Shown piece by piece: positions 10,069 through 20,180 of a stretch of DNA of 64,000 nucleotides. Origin of the DNA: Nannocystales bacterium (GTDB lineage: Bacteria > Myxococcota_A > Polyangia > Nannocystales > Nannocystaceae); the NCBI GenBank assembly GCA_050633305.1, contig JBOEGF010000047.1, positions 32,001 to 96,000 on the forward strand, written 5' to 3'. Within the stretch, counting starts at the first letter, position 1, and each line of letters starts with the position of its first letter. The translations under genes and the position numbers were made by a program. The notes under the pieces are model-generated. The model saw only the letters and a list, made by a program, of their open reading frames with translations. It searched no databases and was not told where the DNA came from.

Positions 10069-11412
10069 ATGCGTTCCTTGGCTCTCATCGCATCACTTGG
10101 ACTCGTCGGCTGCTTCAACCCGGACGACACCAATGCGGAGACCGATTCCGGCACCTCATCGACGGGGACGACCAGCCCGGACACCCAGACCTCCGCCCCG
10201 TCGACGAGCGCGCCGTCCTCGACGGGACCCGGCTCGACGACGACCGCCACCGTTTCGGACACCAACTCGAGTAGCGAGACCACATCCGCCGACGCGTCGA
10301 CCACGGCGAGCACCGACCCCACGATGGGGACATCCGGCGATGCATCCAGCTCGACCACCGACTTCGTCCCCGGATGCGACAACGGCGTCGTTGAGGATGG
10401 CGAGCTCTGCTTCCTCGATCCGGTCGAGCTCGACACCCTCGTGAGTAGCCAAGGCGTCGCGATCGCGGACCTCGACGGCGATGACCACCTCGATGTCGTG
10501 GTCGGAGACTACGGAGATGGGGCCGTGGGAGGGTTGTACGTCTACCTCGGCAGCGGCGACGGGAACTTCTCGGACGCCATCGACTCCGGCGACGACACCC
10601 CACTCATCCGTGTGGCCGCCGCCGCCATCGCGGACGGCGTGGTCGATGTCATCGCGATGCGAGCGACCGCGACCTCGGCCATCATGCGATTCCGCGGCAA
10701 CGACGACGGCAGTTTTTCCAGCATCACCGCCTATGCCGGTGGCAGCAACTGGGATGTTGCGTTGGCCGACCTCAACGGAGACGACCGGTTGGACGCACTG
10801 GGAACCAACTCCGGCATCAACGTGCTGATCGCGACCGCCGCCGAGGGCTTCGGAGCCGCCGAAACCTTCGGCAGTCCCACGGCGTTCCAAAACGTCCATG
10901 CCGCCGACTTGAACGGCGACGGCGACCTCGACGTGGTGGCAGGGGTCGCCAGCGGCATCTACCCGTTCATCAACGATGGCGGCGGAACCCTTGCGATCGG
11001 CACAGCGTTTGGCACGGGCTCCAGCGATGTGATGGTCGGAGACTTCGATGGCGACGACAATCTCGACGTGGCCGGAACCGGGAACAGCATCGTGTCGGTG
11101 CACTTCGGAGGCGGGGACGGCTCGTTCTCCGCCGGGCTGGAGCTGACCGTGAACTCGTCTCCGATCGCGGGCAAGGCGTCGGACCTCGACAACGACGGCT
11201 TCGACGACATCATCGTGGTCAACACGAGCGGAACGACCAGCATCCTGATGAGCAATGGAGACGGCACGTTCGCCCCCCAGGAACTGTTCACGATGCTCGA
11301 TGGCTACCTGTACGACATGGACATGGGAGACTTGAACGAGGACGGGGTCGACGACGTCGTGGTGGTCTCGCCCAACGCCGGGCCGGTCCAGCTGCTGCTG
11401 TCGCACATCTGA
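10069..11412 (+). CDS. FG-GAP/VCBS repeat lipoprotein (beta-propeller)
   Basis: Lipobox LVGC, Thr/Ser linker, and repeated DxDGDxxxD motifs (ADLDGDDHLDVV, ADLNGDDRLD, ADLNGDGDLDVV, GDFDGDDNLDV, DLDNDGFDD, GDLNEDGVDD). Confidence 0.9.
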   Translation: MRSLALIASLGLVGCFNPDDTNAETDSGTSSTGTTSPDTQTSAPSTSAPSSTGPGSTTTATVSDTNSSSETTSADASTTASTDPTMGTSGDASSSTTDFVPGCDNGVVEDGELCFLDPVELDTLVSSQGVAIADLDGDDHLDVVVGDYGDGAVGGLYVYLGSGDGNFSDAIDSGDDTPLIRVAAAAIADGVVDVIAMRATATSAIMRFRGNDDGSFSSITAYAGGSNWDVALADLNGDDRLDALGTNSGINVLIATAAEGFGAAETFGSPTAFQNVHAADLNGDGDLDVVAGVASGIYPFINDGGGTLAIGTAFGTGSSDVMVGDFDGDDNLDVAGTGNSIVSVHFGGGDGSFSAGLELTVNSSPIAGKASDLDNDGFDDIIVVNTSGTTSILMSNGDGTFAPQELFTMLDGYLYDMDMGDLNEDGVDDVVVVSPNAGPVQLLLSHI

Positions 11413-11441
11413 GTTCGGCCCGCACGATCGAGCGGCACCGC

Positions 11442-14400
11442 TCACCGCATCAGGGCCGTCAGTTCATCCAGGTCCAGCGCCCTTGCGGTGCTCATCCCGC
11501 CCAGCACATCCTGCGCGAGTTCGCGTTTTTCACCATGCAACGCAAGGATCTTCGGTTCGATGCTGCCTACGGTGCAGTAGCGATAGACCGTGACGGGTCG
11601 GGTCTGACCCATCCGGTGCGCCCGGCCGGTGGCTTGGTCCTCGACCGCGGGGTTCCACCACGGGTCCACATGAATCACGTAGTCCGCTGCGGTGAGGTTC
11701 ACACCCACCCCACCCGCCTTGAGACTCATGAGAAACACATCCGCGTCCCCGGCCTGGAAGGCATCAATGCGCCGGGCTCGCTCGGGACCGGGGGTTGAGC
11801 CCTGGAGTTCCAGGACACGGACACCCCGCTTGCGCAGCAGCTCGCCGAGGATCGCCAGCACGCCGAGGAACTGGGTGAACACCAACACCTGGTGCCCTGC
11901 CGCGACCAACTCGCGCGCTCGGTCGACGACAAGGTCGAGCTTGGCGCCTCGCGGTGCGGTCTCATCGACCAACCGAGGCTCGACGGCAGCGCGCCGTAGA
12001 CGGCTGATCTCGGCCAGGATCTTGATCCGCGAACGGCCCCGGACGTCCTTGGATGCGCCCAGGCGTTCTTGGGCGAGCTGACGCTGGGCTTCGTACCAGG
12101 CGCGCTCCCGAGTACTCGGCTCCACCATGACGAGGGTCTCCGAGCGCTCGGGTAGCTCGGTCAAGACCATGTCCTTCGTCCGCCGCAACAAGAACGGCCG
12201 TACCAGAGCCCGCAGACGTGAGGCTGCCGCCGCGTCCCCGGCCGCGACGGCACGAGCGGTCGTCCGACGAAAGACATCCTCGTCCCCCATCAAACCGGGC
12301 ACGCAGGAGTTGAAGACACTCCACAGCTCCCCGAGGTGGTTTTCGATCGGGGTCCCGGTGAGGCCGAATCGGACATCCGCCACAATCGACGCCGCGGCCT
12401 GGGTGCGTGCGCTCGATGCATTCTTGAGCGCGTGCGCCTCGTCAAAGACCAGTGTGGCGACCTCGAGGGGGTCGCCCTCGAAGCGGGAGAGCAGGCCATA
12501 GCTCAAGACCGCCAACGTGCCGGGGCCCAGACTCCGGAGCGTGGGCTCTCGCTGCGCACGGGGGATCGTGCCCACGTCGACGACCCGCATCGATGGAGCG
12601 AACCGAGTCGCTTCCGCACACCAGTTGGCGACGACCGAGGTGGGGCATACGACCAGGGCGGGGCCTTGTTTCTTGCGCTCCAGCAAGACGGCGAGGGTCT
12701 GCACGGTCTTGCCCAACCCCATGTCGTCGGCCAGGACGCCCCCCAAGCCGGCGCGTGCGAGACGGGACATCCACACGAAGCCTTCTCGCTGATACCCGCG
12801 CAGCGTGGCGCGAAGACCCCGCGGAGTCCGGGGTCGAGAGGACAGAGCGTCCTCGATGTCCGCGCGCCGCTGCCTCAACTCGCCGGCGAAACTCAGCCCG
12901 CCGTCCTCCCCCAGCAGACCCTCCAACGCGGGCAGTGCGACCTCGGGGAGCAAGACCCCCTCGGCCCCGTCCCGAGCCGCTCGGGCGTCGCGAAGGTGCC
13001 CAAGCGCGTCGAGTTTGCGGCGCAGGCTCTCGGAGAGGCGCAGCACCTGCCCATCCGCCAGGGGCACAAACCGACCGCTCCCTTCCCGCTCGGCCCCCAG
13101 CAGTCGCCACGTGCTGACCTCCCCCTCATCGACCTGTAGATCGGCTTCGATCCGCAACCAATGCCCCTTGTCCCGCCGGACCGAGATGTTGATATCGCGG
13201 ACATCGTACTCCCGAGACAAGCGCAACGGTTTGCCGCGCGGCCACGCCAACGTGACGGTTCCGGCCTTCGCTTCCAGGGTCAGCTCGCCCAGGGCCCGAC
13301 ACGCGGACTCCACTCCGTAGGCCAACAGCGCGCCATCGTCCGCGGTGTCCAAGGCCTGAAGGCGCGGACACGCCTCGAGCAACGCCTCCAGAGCCGCTCG
13401 CTCTCCCTCGAGATCCCGCGTGGTCGTCCGCAGGCTGCGATCCGCATGCGCGACGATCTCCGCGGGCCCCTCTGCAGGCGTGCAGCGCGGACCTCCGCGC
13501 CCCAGCGGCCAGCATTGGATGAGGAGGTGGAGCATGGGGCTGCGCCATTCCAAGTCGACCTCCAAGTCGGTCTTGGGATCCACGTGCTTGTCCTCGAGGT
13601 CGAAAGTGCCGCGTGCTTGCAACGAAACCTGGCCGGCCAATCGCGGCAAGACAGGCAACAGACGCTCGAGCGCGACCTGGGGAACACGGCCATCGGGCGT
13701 CCCACCGAGCGCCTCGAGGACCGCCTCCGTGGGTTCGTCGGTCGGGTAGACGACCAACCGGCTCGATGTCTCCCACTCGACCGCGACCGGCGAAGCCCGC
13801 AACGCTTCGGGCTCGACGAAGATCCGCGCGCCCCGAGGATCACCGTCGACGACGACCCTCGGCGTCCCCCGAACCACGACCAGCGCCCGTCCGTCTCCCC
13901 CACGAACCCTCGGGTGGCCGACCATCGCCAGCAGCGCGGCGGCGTCGGGACCGACGGCCCGGCCCGATGCCGCACCGACCCCACCGCTGAGTTCGCTGAG
14001 TTCGCGCGCGCGCAACCAGGCGTGGGCGATCGCGACGTCGTGCTCGTCGGCGAGACCGACGTGCTTGCCGACGAGTTCCGCGATGCTGATCGCTCGGCCT
14101 TGCACCGCCTGCGCAGAACGGACCAGACGCGGCGCCACCGTGGGCGCATCGGCTGCACCCAGAACGTCCCAGTGGATCGCGGGCCGCCCACCCGCCTGCG
14201 GCGCCAACCGTTCGGCGAGAGCCTCGAGTTGTTCGACCACGTGCTCCCACGCAGCCCGAGGCGCGTACGCCTGCAGCAAGCTCACCTGCGATGAGGATGA
14301 ACCGGAGCGACACGCCAACGCTGCGAACGTCTGCGGAATGAGCGTCGAGCGCAACGCCTCCGCACTCCGAGCATGCGCCGCGACGCAGACCTGGAGTTCC

Positions 14401-15560
14401 TCCGGCTCGTCTACGGGCATCCAACGGGTGAGCAGGCCTCCAACCAATCCGGTCGTCCACGGCAGGTGGGGACGCCCGCGAAACACCTCCCCGAGTTCGC
14501 CGGCCAGCGAAGCGACGGTCGACACGCCGGTCTCCACATCCCGGAACCCCCCGAGAAGCTCGAGGGCGTCCTCGTGCTGTGGCGACCGTCCGCGGGCTTG
14601 CCCCAACACATCGTCGAACCGCAGCCACGCCCCCTCCTGCCCGCATCGGGCTGCATCCACACACGCCAGCAGCATGCACAGCGCCACAAGCCCGCGTACC
14701 TGCGCCGGGTGCGACTCCAGCAGGGCGGCTCCGACCGAAAAGCAGCGACCCAGCTCGCCCTGCGCGAAGGCATGCAGCAGCGTCAGGCTCGCGCCGATCG
14801 CCTTGCCACGCACACGTGTCCAAGCCTCCGAACGCGCCGCGTCCTGCGAAAGCACGCCGCCTCGGAGCAGCTCGACCGGGAAGCGTTTGGTCGCGGTCAA
14901 CCGCCGCGGCGCAAGCACCTCGAGCACCGTTTCGACGAGCCCGGTTGGCAGCGCGCGGAGTTCATCGGTGCAGCGCAGTCCCACGCCCTTGGCGTACGAG
15001 ACCAGCACCTCATCCGGCGCGCTCTCCAACCACTCCCGTTCGGGGTTGAGGCCCAGCAGATCGACAGGCCACTGCTTGGATCCCCGAGCGACCGAGACGA
15101 ACTCGGGCATCGACACCGACGCCATCGCTTCCCCCACGCACCCCAGCGCTAGCTGCACTCGAGCCTGGCGTAGAAGGTCCCATCCGTAGACCGACACCCG
15201 GCGCGTCCCAAAGGCCCGCGCGGCGTCGGCCTCCAGCCGGCCCGCTCGGTGGGCTGCCCGCAGCACCAACCATGCGCGCTCGGGGTCCATGACGTACTGC
15301 AGCCGCCAGGTATCCATCTGCGATTGCACCCAGCCGCGCTCCACGAAGCCCCGCAGGCGTCGGTCGAGTTCCCGCCCTCGAAACTCGGGTGGCAGCGGGT
15401 CTTTGCTCTGTCCCCGGACGACCCGCGCCGCGACTTCGAGCCAGGCCGCCTTGCTCTGCAGCTCGGGCGCGATCGCCTTCGCGACAAGAAGCACCCCGTC
15501 GACCTCGTCGAGGCCGGCAAAGAACGCCTCGCCGTGGGCCTCGTCCACCATGGGGCGCAA
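11442..15560 (-). CDS. SNF2/Swi2-family helicase-like ATPase with long N-terminal region
   Basis: Motifs LADDMGLGKT, DEAH, LTGTPIEN, FLLRRTK, LVFTQF, SLKAGGVGVNLTAAD and DPWWNPAVEDQATGRAHRMGQ. Confidence 0.93.
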   Translation of the reverse strand: MRPMVDEAHGEAFFAGLDEVDGVLLVAKAIAPELQSKAAWLEVAARVVRGQSKDPLPPEFRGRELDRRLRGFVERGWVQSQMDTWRLQYVMDPERAWLVLRAAHRAGRLEADAARAFGTRRVSVYGWDLLRQARVQLALGCVGEAMASVSMPEFVSVARGSKQWPVDLLGLNPEREWLESAPDEVLVSYAKGVGLRCTDELRALPTGLVETVLEVLAPRRLTATKRFPVELLRGGVLSQDAARSEAWTRVRGKAIGASLTLLHAFAQGELGRCFSVGAALLESHPAQVRGLVALCMLLACVDAARCGQEGAWLRFDDVLGQARGRSPQHEDALELLGGFRDVETGVSTVASLAGELGEVFRGRPHLPWTTGLVGGLLTRWMPVDEPEELQVCVAAHARSAEALRSTLIPQTFAALACRSGSSSSQVSLLQAYAPRAAWEHVVEQLEALAERLAPQAGGRPAIHWDVLGAADAPTVAPRLVRSAQAVQGRAISIAELVGKHVGLADEHDVAIAHAWLRARELSELSGGVGAASGRAVGPDAAALLAMVGHPRVRGGDGRALVVVRGTPRVVVDGDPRGARIFVEPEALRASPVAVEWETSSRLVVYPTDEPTEAVLEALGGTPDGRVPQVALERLLPVLPRLAGQVSLQARGTFDLEDKHVDPKTDLEVDLEWRSPMLHLLIQCWPLGRGGPRCTPAEGPAEIVAHADRSLRTTTRDLEGERAALEALLEACPRLQALDTADDGALLAYGVESACRALGELTLEAKAGTVTLAWPRGKPLRLSREYDVRDINISVRRDKGHWLRIEADLQVDEGEVSTWRLLGAEREGSGRFVPLADGQVLRLSESLRRKLDALGHLRDARAARDGAEGVLLPEVALPALEGLLGEDGGLSFAGELRQRRADIEDALSSRPRTPRGLRATLRGYQREGFVWMSRLARAGLGGVLADDMGLGKTVQTLAVLLERKKQGPALVVCPTSVVANWCAEATRFAPSMRVVDVGTIPRAQREPTLRSLGPGTLAVLSYGLLSRFEGDPLEVATLVFDEAHALKNASSARTQAAASIVADVRFGLTGTPIENHLGELWSVFNSCVPGLMGDEDVFRRTTARAVAAGDAAAASRLRALVRPFLLRRTKDMVLTELPERSETLVMVEPSTRERAWYEAQRQLAQERLGASKDVRGRSRIKILAEISRLRRAAVEPRLVDETAPRGAKLDLVVDRARELVAAGHQVLVFTQFLGVLAILGELLRKRGVRVLELQGSTPGPERARRIDAFQAGDADVFLMSLKAGGVGVNLTAADYVIHVDPWWNPAVEDQATGRAHRMGQTRPVTVYRYCTVGSIEPKILALHGEKRELAQDVLGGMSTARALDLDELTALMR

Positions 15561-15992
15561 TCATGGGGGCGCATGGCGGCCGGACTCAAGGCCGTGGAAC
15601 GCGACGGCTCAGATGCACCCCTGCCGTCCATCCACCGCGAACTGGTAGACCCCCAGCCCCGCTGGCGACGCGGTCGTGGCACGACGCACACAGAACCCAC
15701 GACCGTTGAACGGGACGGGTCTGCTCAACCGGGGACGAACGTCTGCACCGCGTGGTCACCACCCGGAGAACCGCATGCCGCACAGTCACGCGACCCCCCA
15801 CACCGCGGCAAGACCCGCGGGAACGGCAAGCCACCGCGGAGTCAGCGGCCGCCGCTTGTCTCCCCTGCGACGACGGGAGCCCGGAGCTGGTTGGCCTCGG
15901 GTAGCCTCCCGTGGGCACGCACCGCGCATCCGCGGCCACAGCAGCCTAGAAGGCGCGCTCTGAGAGGCCGGCTGGTACGGTTCGCGGCTCGC

Positions 15993-18626
15993 ATGGCGAC
16001 GTCGAAACCAGGGCTCGAAACCCAACTCCGAGACGCCCGGGCGGGCGAGCAAGGTCTGGAGAAGTCGATGGCGTTCTCTGCGGTCCGCAGGGCTCTGCTC
16101 GGAGCCAAATCCGGGACGGATCCAGCCGACGACACCTTCGGCAAGTACAGGATCCTCGAACGCCTCGGGGCAGGAGGCATGGGCGCTGTGTTCGCGGCCT
16201 GGGACCCTGAACTCGAGCGACGGGTCGCCCTCAAGGTCTTGACCGGCGGACGAGAAGCTCAGCAGGAGCGGCAGATGATCATGCGGGAGGCGAAGGCCGC
16301 GGCGCAGCTGTCCCATCCGAACGTCGTGACCGTGTTCGAGGTCGGCGTGACACAGGACCGCGTGTTCTTGGCGATGGAGTACATCGCTGGGAAAACGCTG
16401 CGCGCGTGGGCGAGCGAGGCGCCGTCGGCCACGGCACGCATCACGGTCCTGCTCCACGCCGGTCGAGGGCTGGCTGCGGCGCATGCCCAAGGACTCGTCC
16501 ATCGCGACTTCAAGCCGGACAACGTCCTGGTCGACGAACAGCAACAGGCCAAGGTCGTCGACTTTGGCCTCGCCCAGTCCAGCGATGATCCCGTCGGCGG
16601 CACCCTGGACGAACGAGAGACCGACAAAGGCCCAGTCTCGCCGATCACCCAAACCGGGCCACGCTCGGGGACGCCGGACTACATGGCCCCCGAGCAGCTC
16701 GGAGGCAGCCCCGCAAACGCCCGGACGGACCAGTTCGCGTTCGCGGTGACCGCATGGGAGTTGCTCTGTGGCGAGCGCCCGTTCCAACGGAATGAACACG
16801 CACGCGAACCCCGAGGACGGCCGCTCACCGGGGTGCCCAGGGGCGTCATGCAAGCCCTCACCCGTGCCCTCTCCGCCGCGCCGGAGGAGCGATTCGACTC
16901 GATGGACCTCCTGCTTGGAGAGCTCGACCCTGCGCCACGGGCAGCCCAAAGAAGCCGGGTGTTGCTCGGCGGCGCGAGTGTCCTGACGATCGGCGCCGTG
17001 GCGTGGGGCATGGCGGCCCGGACACCGCCCCCCACGGCCCAGTGCACGGGAGCGCTGGCGCGGCTCGAGGGGATCTGGGACGGCGAGCATCGCGACCGGT
17101 ACGCGAGCGCATTCTCGGCAGCTTCCCAGGACGGCGCGGAGCAGTGGAGCGCGGCCTCGGACACCCTCTCGCGCTACGCGGATGCGTGGGTCGAAGCGTC
17201 CACCGACGCGTGCGAAGCAACCCGGGTCCGCGGCGAGCAGAGCGACGAGATGTTCACACTGCGAACGCGGTGTCTTCACGGCCGCCTGCGGGCGTTTCGA
17301 GCCCTCACCGGCCGCTTCGAGGCCCTCGACGAGGCCAGTGTTCTCCGCGTCGCTGATGCGGCGCGTGACCTCCCGCCCATCGATGCGTGTGCGGATCCAG
17401 AGGTGCTCACGGCACTTGTCGACCCCCCGCCGACCCAACTCGACGCCGAAGTCGACGCGGTCCGAGACCGTCTGGCCTCGATCGCGGCGTCCGAAGCGCT
17501 GGGCCAGTACGAGCTCGTGGGCGAGGCCATCGTCTCCGTCGTGCGAGACGCCCTGGGCATCGAGTACCGAGCGCTTCACGCCGAAGCGAAGTACTGGGAG
17601 GGCCGCGTCCACCAACGTCGAATGAAACTCGACGAGGCTCGGCTTGCGCTCGAGCAAGCAGTCCTACACGCCACCGCGACTCGCCACGATCGTCTCCTGG
17701 CCGAGAGCCTGGGTTTGCTCGCTCGGGTCGTGGGAGCGCTACAGTCGAACAAGGTCGCCGGGCTGGCCATCGCGGACCAAGCCGAGGCCGCCATCGACCG
17801 ACTCGGCGGTGACCCAGCACTGACAGCCCAGCTCGCCTCGCGTCGCGGCGAGACCTACTACGCCGCCGGCGACTTCGAACCCGCCCGAGCACAGTTCGAG
17901 CTCGCGGTCGAAGGATTCACCGCACTCTCGCCCGAGGGGCCGCAGCTCGCGGACTCGCTCGCCAACCTCGCTGCTGCGACTCGCGGGCTTGGAGACTACG
18001 AGGCCGCCGCAACAATGACGGCGCGCGCGCTCGCACTTCTCGAGCGACGACTCGGACCCAACCATCCCTCCGTGGGCAAGACGCTCGTCAACCAGGCGTC
18101 CCTCCTCAACGCGCTCAACCGTAGCGACCAGGCACGCGCGAGCTACGAGCGCGCCCGCACGATCCTCGCGGCCACCTTCGGCGAGACCCACGTCAACATC
18201 GCGGCCATCGACATGAACCGCGGGAACCTCGAGCTCGACGACGAAAAGTTCGACGCCGCCCTCGATCTTCTTGAAAACGTCCCAACTCGCTTGCAAGCCG
18301 GGCTTCCTCCCGAGCACCCTTGGGTGGCCAAGTCTCTGACCTCACGCGGCCGAGTACGGGTCGAGACCGGACAGATCGCCGAAGGGCTGGCCGACCTCGA
18401 ACGAGCGGTCGCGCTCTACGAGAAGACCGCTCCAGAGTCGATCGACCTCGCGATCGCCCAGTGTCGTCACGCGTGGGCCCTCGGCAAGGGTGGCGATGAA
18501 CCAGGATCCCGGAAGGGGTTCGCGCAAGCCCTCTCGCTGTTCGAGCGAAGGCTCGAGCAAGCGGCGAGCGCTCATCCGGAAGTTCAAAACTGTCATTCCA
18601 TGCAAGAGGAGCTATCATCGCAATGA
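15993..18626 (+). CDS. Ser/Thr protein kinase with transmembrane segment and C-terminal TPR array
   Basis: GAGGMGAV, VALK, HRDFKPDN, DFGLA and GTPDYMAPE. TM segment VLLGGASVLTIGAVAWG. TPRs with LGPNHPSVG and FGETHVNIA linkers. Start placed at ATG 15993. Confidence 0.92.
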   Translation: MATSKPGLETQLRDARAGEQGLEKSMAFSAVRRALLGAKSGTDPADDTFGKYRILERLGAGGMGAVFAAWDPELERRVALKVLTGGREAQQERQMIMREAKAAAQLSHPNVVTVFEVGVTQDRVFLAMEYIAGKTLRAWASEAPSATARITVLLHAGRGLAAAHAQGLVHRDFKPDNVLVDEQQQAKVVDFGLAQSSDDPVGGTLDERETDKGPVSPITQTGPRSGTPDYMAPEQLGGSPANARTDQFAFAVTAWELLCGERPFQRNEHAREPRGRPLTGVPRGVMQALTRALSAAPEERFDSMDLLLGELDPAPRAAQRSRVLLGGASVLTIGAVAWGMAARTPPPTAQCTGALARLEGIWDGEHRDRYASAFSAASQDGAEQWSAASDTLSRYADAWVEASTDACEATRVRGEQSDEMFTLRTRCLHGRLRAFRALTGRFEALDEASVLRVADAARDLPPIDACADPEVLTALVDPPPTQLDAEVDAVRDRLASIAASEALGQYELVGEAIVSVVRDALGIEYRALHAEAKYWEGRVHQRRMKLDEARLALEQAVLHATATRHDRLLAESLGLLARVVGALQSNKVAGLAIADQAEAAIDRLGGDPALTAQLASRRGETYYAAGDFEPARAQFELAVEGFTALSPEGPQLADSLANLAAATRGLGDYEAAATMTARALALLERRLGPNHPSVGKTLVNQASLLNALNRSDQARASYERARTILAATFGETHVNIAAIDMNRGNLELDDEKFDAALDLLENVPTRLQAGLPPEHPWVAKSLTSRGRVRVETGQIAEGLADLERAVALYEKTAPESIDLAIAQCRHAWALGKGGDEPGSRKGFAQALSLFERRLEQAASAHPEVQNCHSMQEELSSQ

Positions 18627-19252
18627 TGACATCCGACGACGCAGTGCTGATCCAGGCCTGGCGCGGAGGAGACATCCAGGCCGCCGATACCCTCCTGCGC
18701 CGCTATTTCGACGAGTTGTGGCGATTCTTCCGCAACAAGGTCGACGACGCGGCCGAAGAGATGATCCAGCGGACGATGACCGCGTTGCTCAAAACCCCGG
18801 AACAGTTCCGCGGTGACTCGAGCTTCCGCACCTACCTGTTTCGGATCGCCCGCTCCGAGCTGTTTCGATTCTACCGAGAGCGCCAACGAACCCACGATCG
18901 ACTCGATTTTGGTTCGGTCTCCGTCGCCGACATGGGCGCGTCCCCCAGCTCGGTCGCTGCCCAGCGCCAGAACGAACGCGCCCTTCTCATCGCGTTGCGC
19001 CGCATCCCGCTCGAGTTTCAGATTCTGCTGGAGTGGCACTACTGGGAAGACCTGAAGATGACCGAGATCGCGGCGGCGCTCGACATCCCCTTGGGCACCG
19101 CAAAAAGTCGACTGCGACGCGCCCGGGAGCGCCTCGAGACCGAGCTGCGGGAGACGATCGACTCGCGCGACCAACTCTCGTCCACGCTTCAGAATCTCGA
19201 CTGCTGGGCCCAACAGCTCCGCGAAGCGGTGGGCAAAGCCGACGCCGGCTGA
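18623..19252 (+). CDS. ECF-type RNA polymerase sigma-70 factor
   Basis: Region 2 (AEEMIQRT...FRGDSSFRTYLFRIA) and region 4 (EIAAALDIPLGTAKSRLRRAR). ATGA overlap with the upstream kinase. Confidence 0.92.
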   Translation: MMTSDDAVLIQAWRGGDIQAADTLLRRYFDELWRFFRNKVDDAAEEMIQRTMTALLKTPEQFRGDSSFRTYLFRIARSELFRFYRERQRTHDRLDFGSVSVADMGASPSSVAAQRQNERALLIALRRIPLEFQILLEWHYWEDLKMTEIAAALDIPLGTAKSRLRRARERLETELRETIDSRDQLSSTLQNLDCWAQQLREAVGKADAG

Positions 19253-19293
19253 CCCCGCCTGCGAGAGCCTCGCACAGCCCAGCCCAAGTCGGG

Positions 19294-19701
19294 CTAGTTG
19301 AGGTCCCGATCGGCTCCCGGCACGCCGAAGATGAGCGCACCGCTGGAGTAGCTGGTCCCGAACGTGTCGACGAGGCCCGCGACCTGCTCCAGCGCCGAAC
19401 CGAACTGTTCCGCGGTCAACGGGGACAGCGGATGAATGAACGCCGAGTACAACACGCCGTCGCTCGTCCCATAGCGGGCATCGAGCGCGGTGTGAAAGTT
19501 CGCCTCCAAGACCGCCGTGCGCTGCTCCTGTGTCATGTCCTCAGCATCGAGGATCGGTGCGACCAACCGCATCCGGTCAAAGCGCGTGTCGGTGAAGCAG
19601 GCCATGTGAACGCCGCCGATCTCGAAGTCCCAGGCGCCATCCTCTCCGCGCACGTTCTGGGCCCGGCTGCGGAGTGCGGCTTCGAGCGCTTCGACATCCA
19701 T
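19294..19701 (-). CDS. Hypothetical protein, YbjN/type III chaperone-like fold suspected
   Basis: Conserved-looking DRMRLVAPI...LEANFHTALDARY...SAFIHPLS...FGTSYSSG pattern. TACCGT lies 6 nt upstream of the ATG. Confidence 0.7.
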   Translation of the reverse strand: MDVEALEAALRSRAQNVRGEDGAWDFEIGGVHMACFTDTRFDRMRLVAPILDAEDMTQEQRTAVLEANFHTALDARYGTSDGVLYSAFIHPLSPLTAEQFGSALEQVAGLVDTFGTSYSSGALIFGVPGADRDLN

Positions 19702-19796
19702 CGCCCCACGGTAGCAGCCCTCCCCGCCCGCGCAGCCCCGGCGACCTCACAACCAACCGGGTGCCGCCCCGGGATCCGTCGTACGCTCCGGCCCCA

Positions 19797-20021
19797 ATGA
19801 TCTACCCCCACAGCAACGAGACCCAGACCCAGTGGGACCGGGGTGAGCTGCACGTTCAGCTCGTCCAGCCAAACAACCCCCGCCCGGTGGGCTTCTGCGA
19901 CGGGACCCCAGCGGACCTCGCAGAGCTTCGCGAGCTCGCCGAGTCCGAGGGCGCCGACGACTTCAGCATCGATCGAAAGGTCCTCAAATCAGGCCGAGAG
20001 ATCTGGACCGTCTCCGGTTGA
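19797..20021 (+). CDS. Small conserved-looking hypothetical protein
   Basis: MIYPHSNETQTQWDRG...RPVGFCDG...LKSGREIW has a globular composition and is divergent from the 19701 gene. Confidence 0.6.
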   Translation: MIYPHSNETQTQWDRGELHVQLVQPNNPRPVGFCDGTPADLAELRELAESEGADDFSIDRKVLKSGREIWTVSG

Positions 20022-20151
20022 TCCACGCTCGACGTCTTGCACCATCACGCACCCGCGGCCGGGATCGATCTGTGACGCGGCCCGCGGGCCCTCGCCCCGA
20101 TCCGATACCTCCGCGGCACCCAGAGACCGCGAAACGGCGTCCGCCAAGAGT

Positions 20152-20166
20152 TGGCTCGCATCTTGA
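20152..20166 (+). promoter_or_regulatory. Possible sigma-54 -24/-12 promoter
   Basis: TGGCTCGCATCTTGA versus consensus TGGCACG-N4-TTGC, with correct spacing, just upstream of ATG 20181. Confidence 0.3.
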
Positions 20167-20180
20167 TGGTGCGGCAAACC

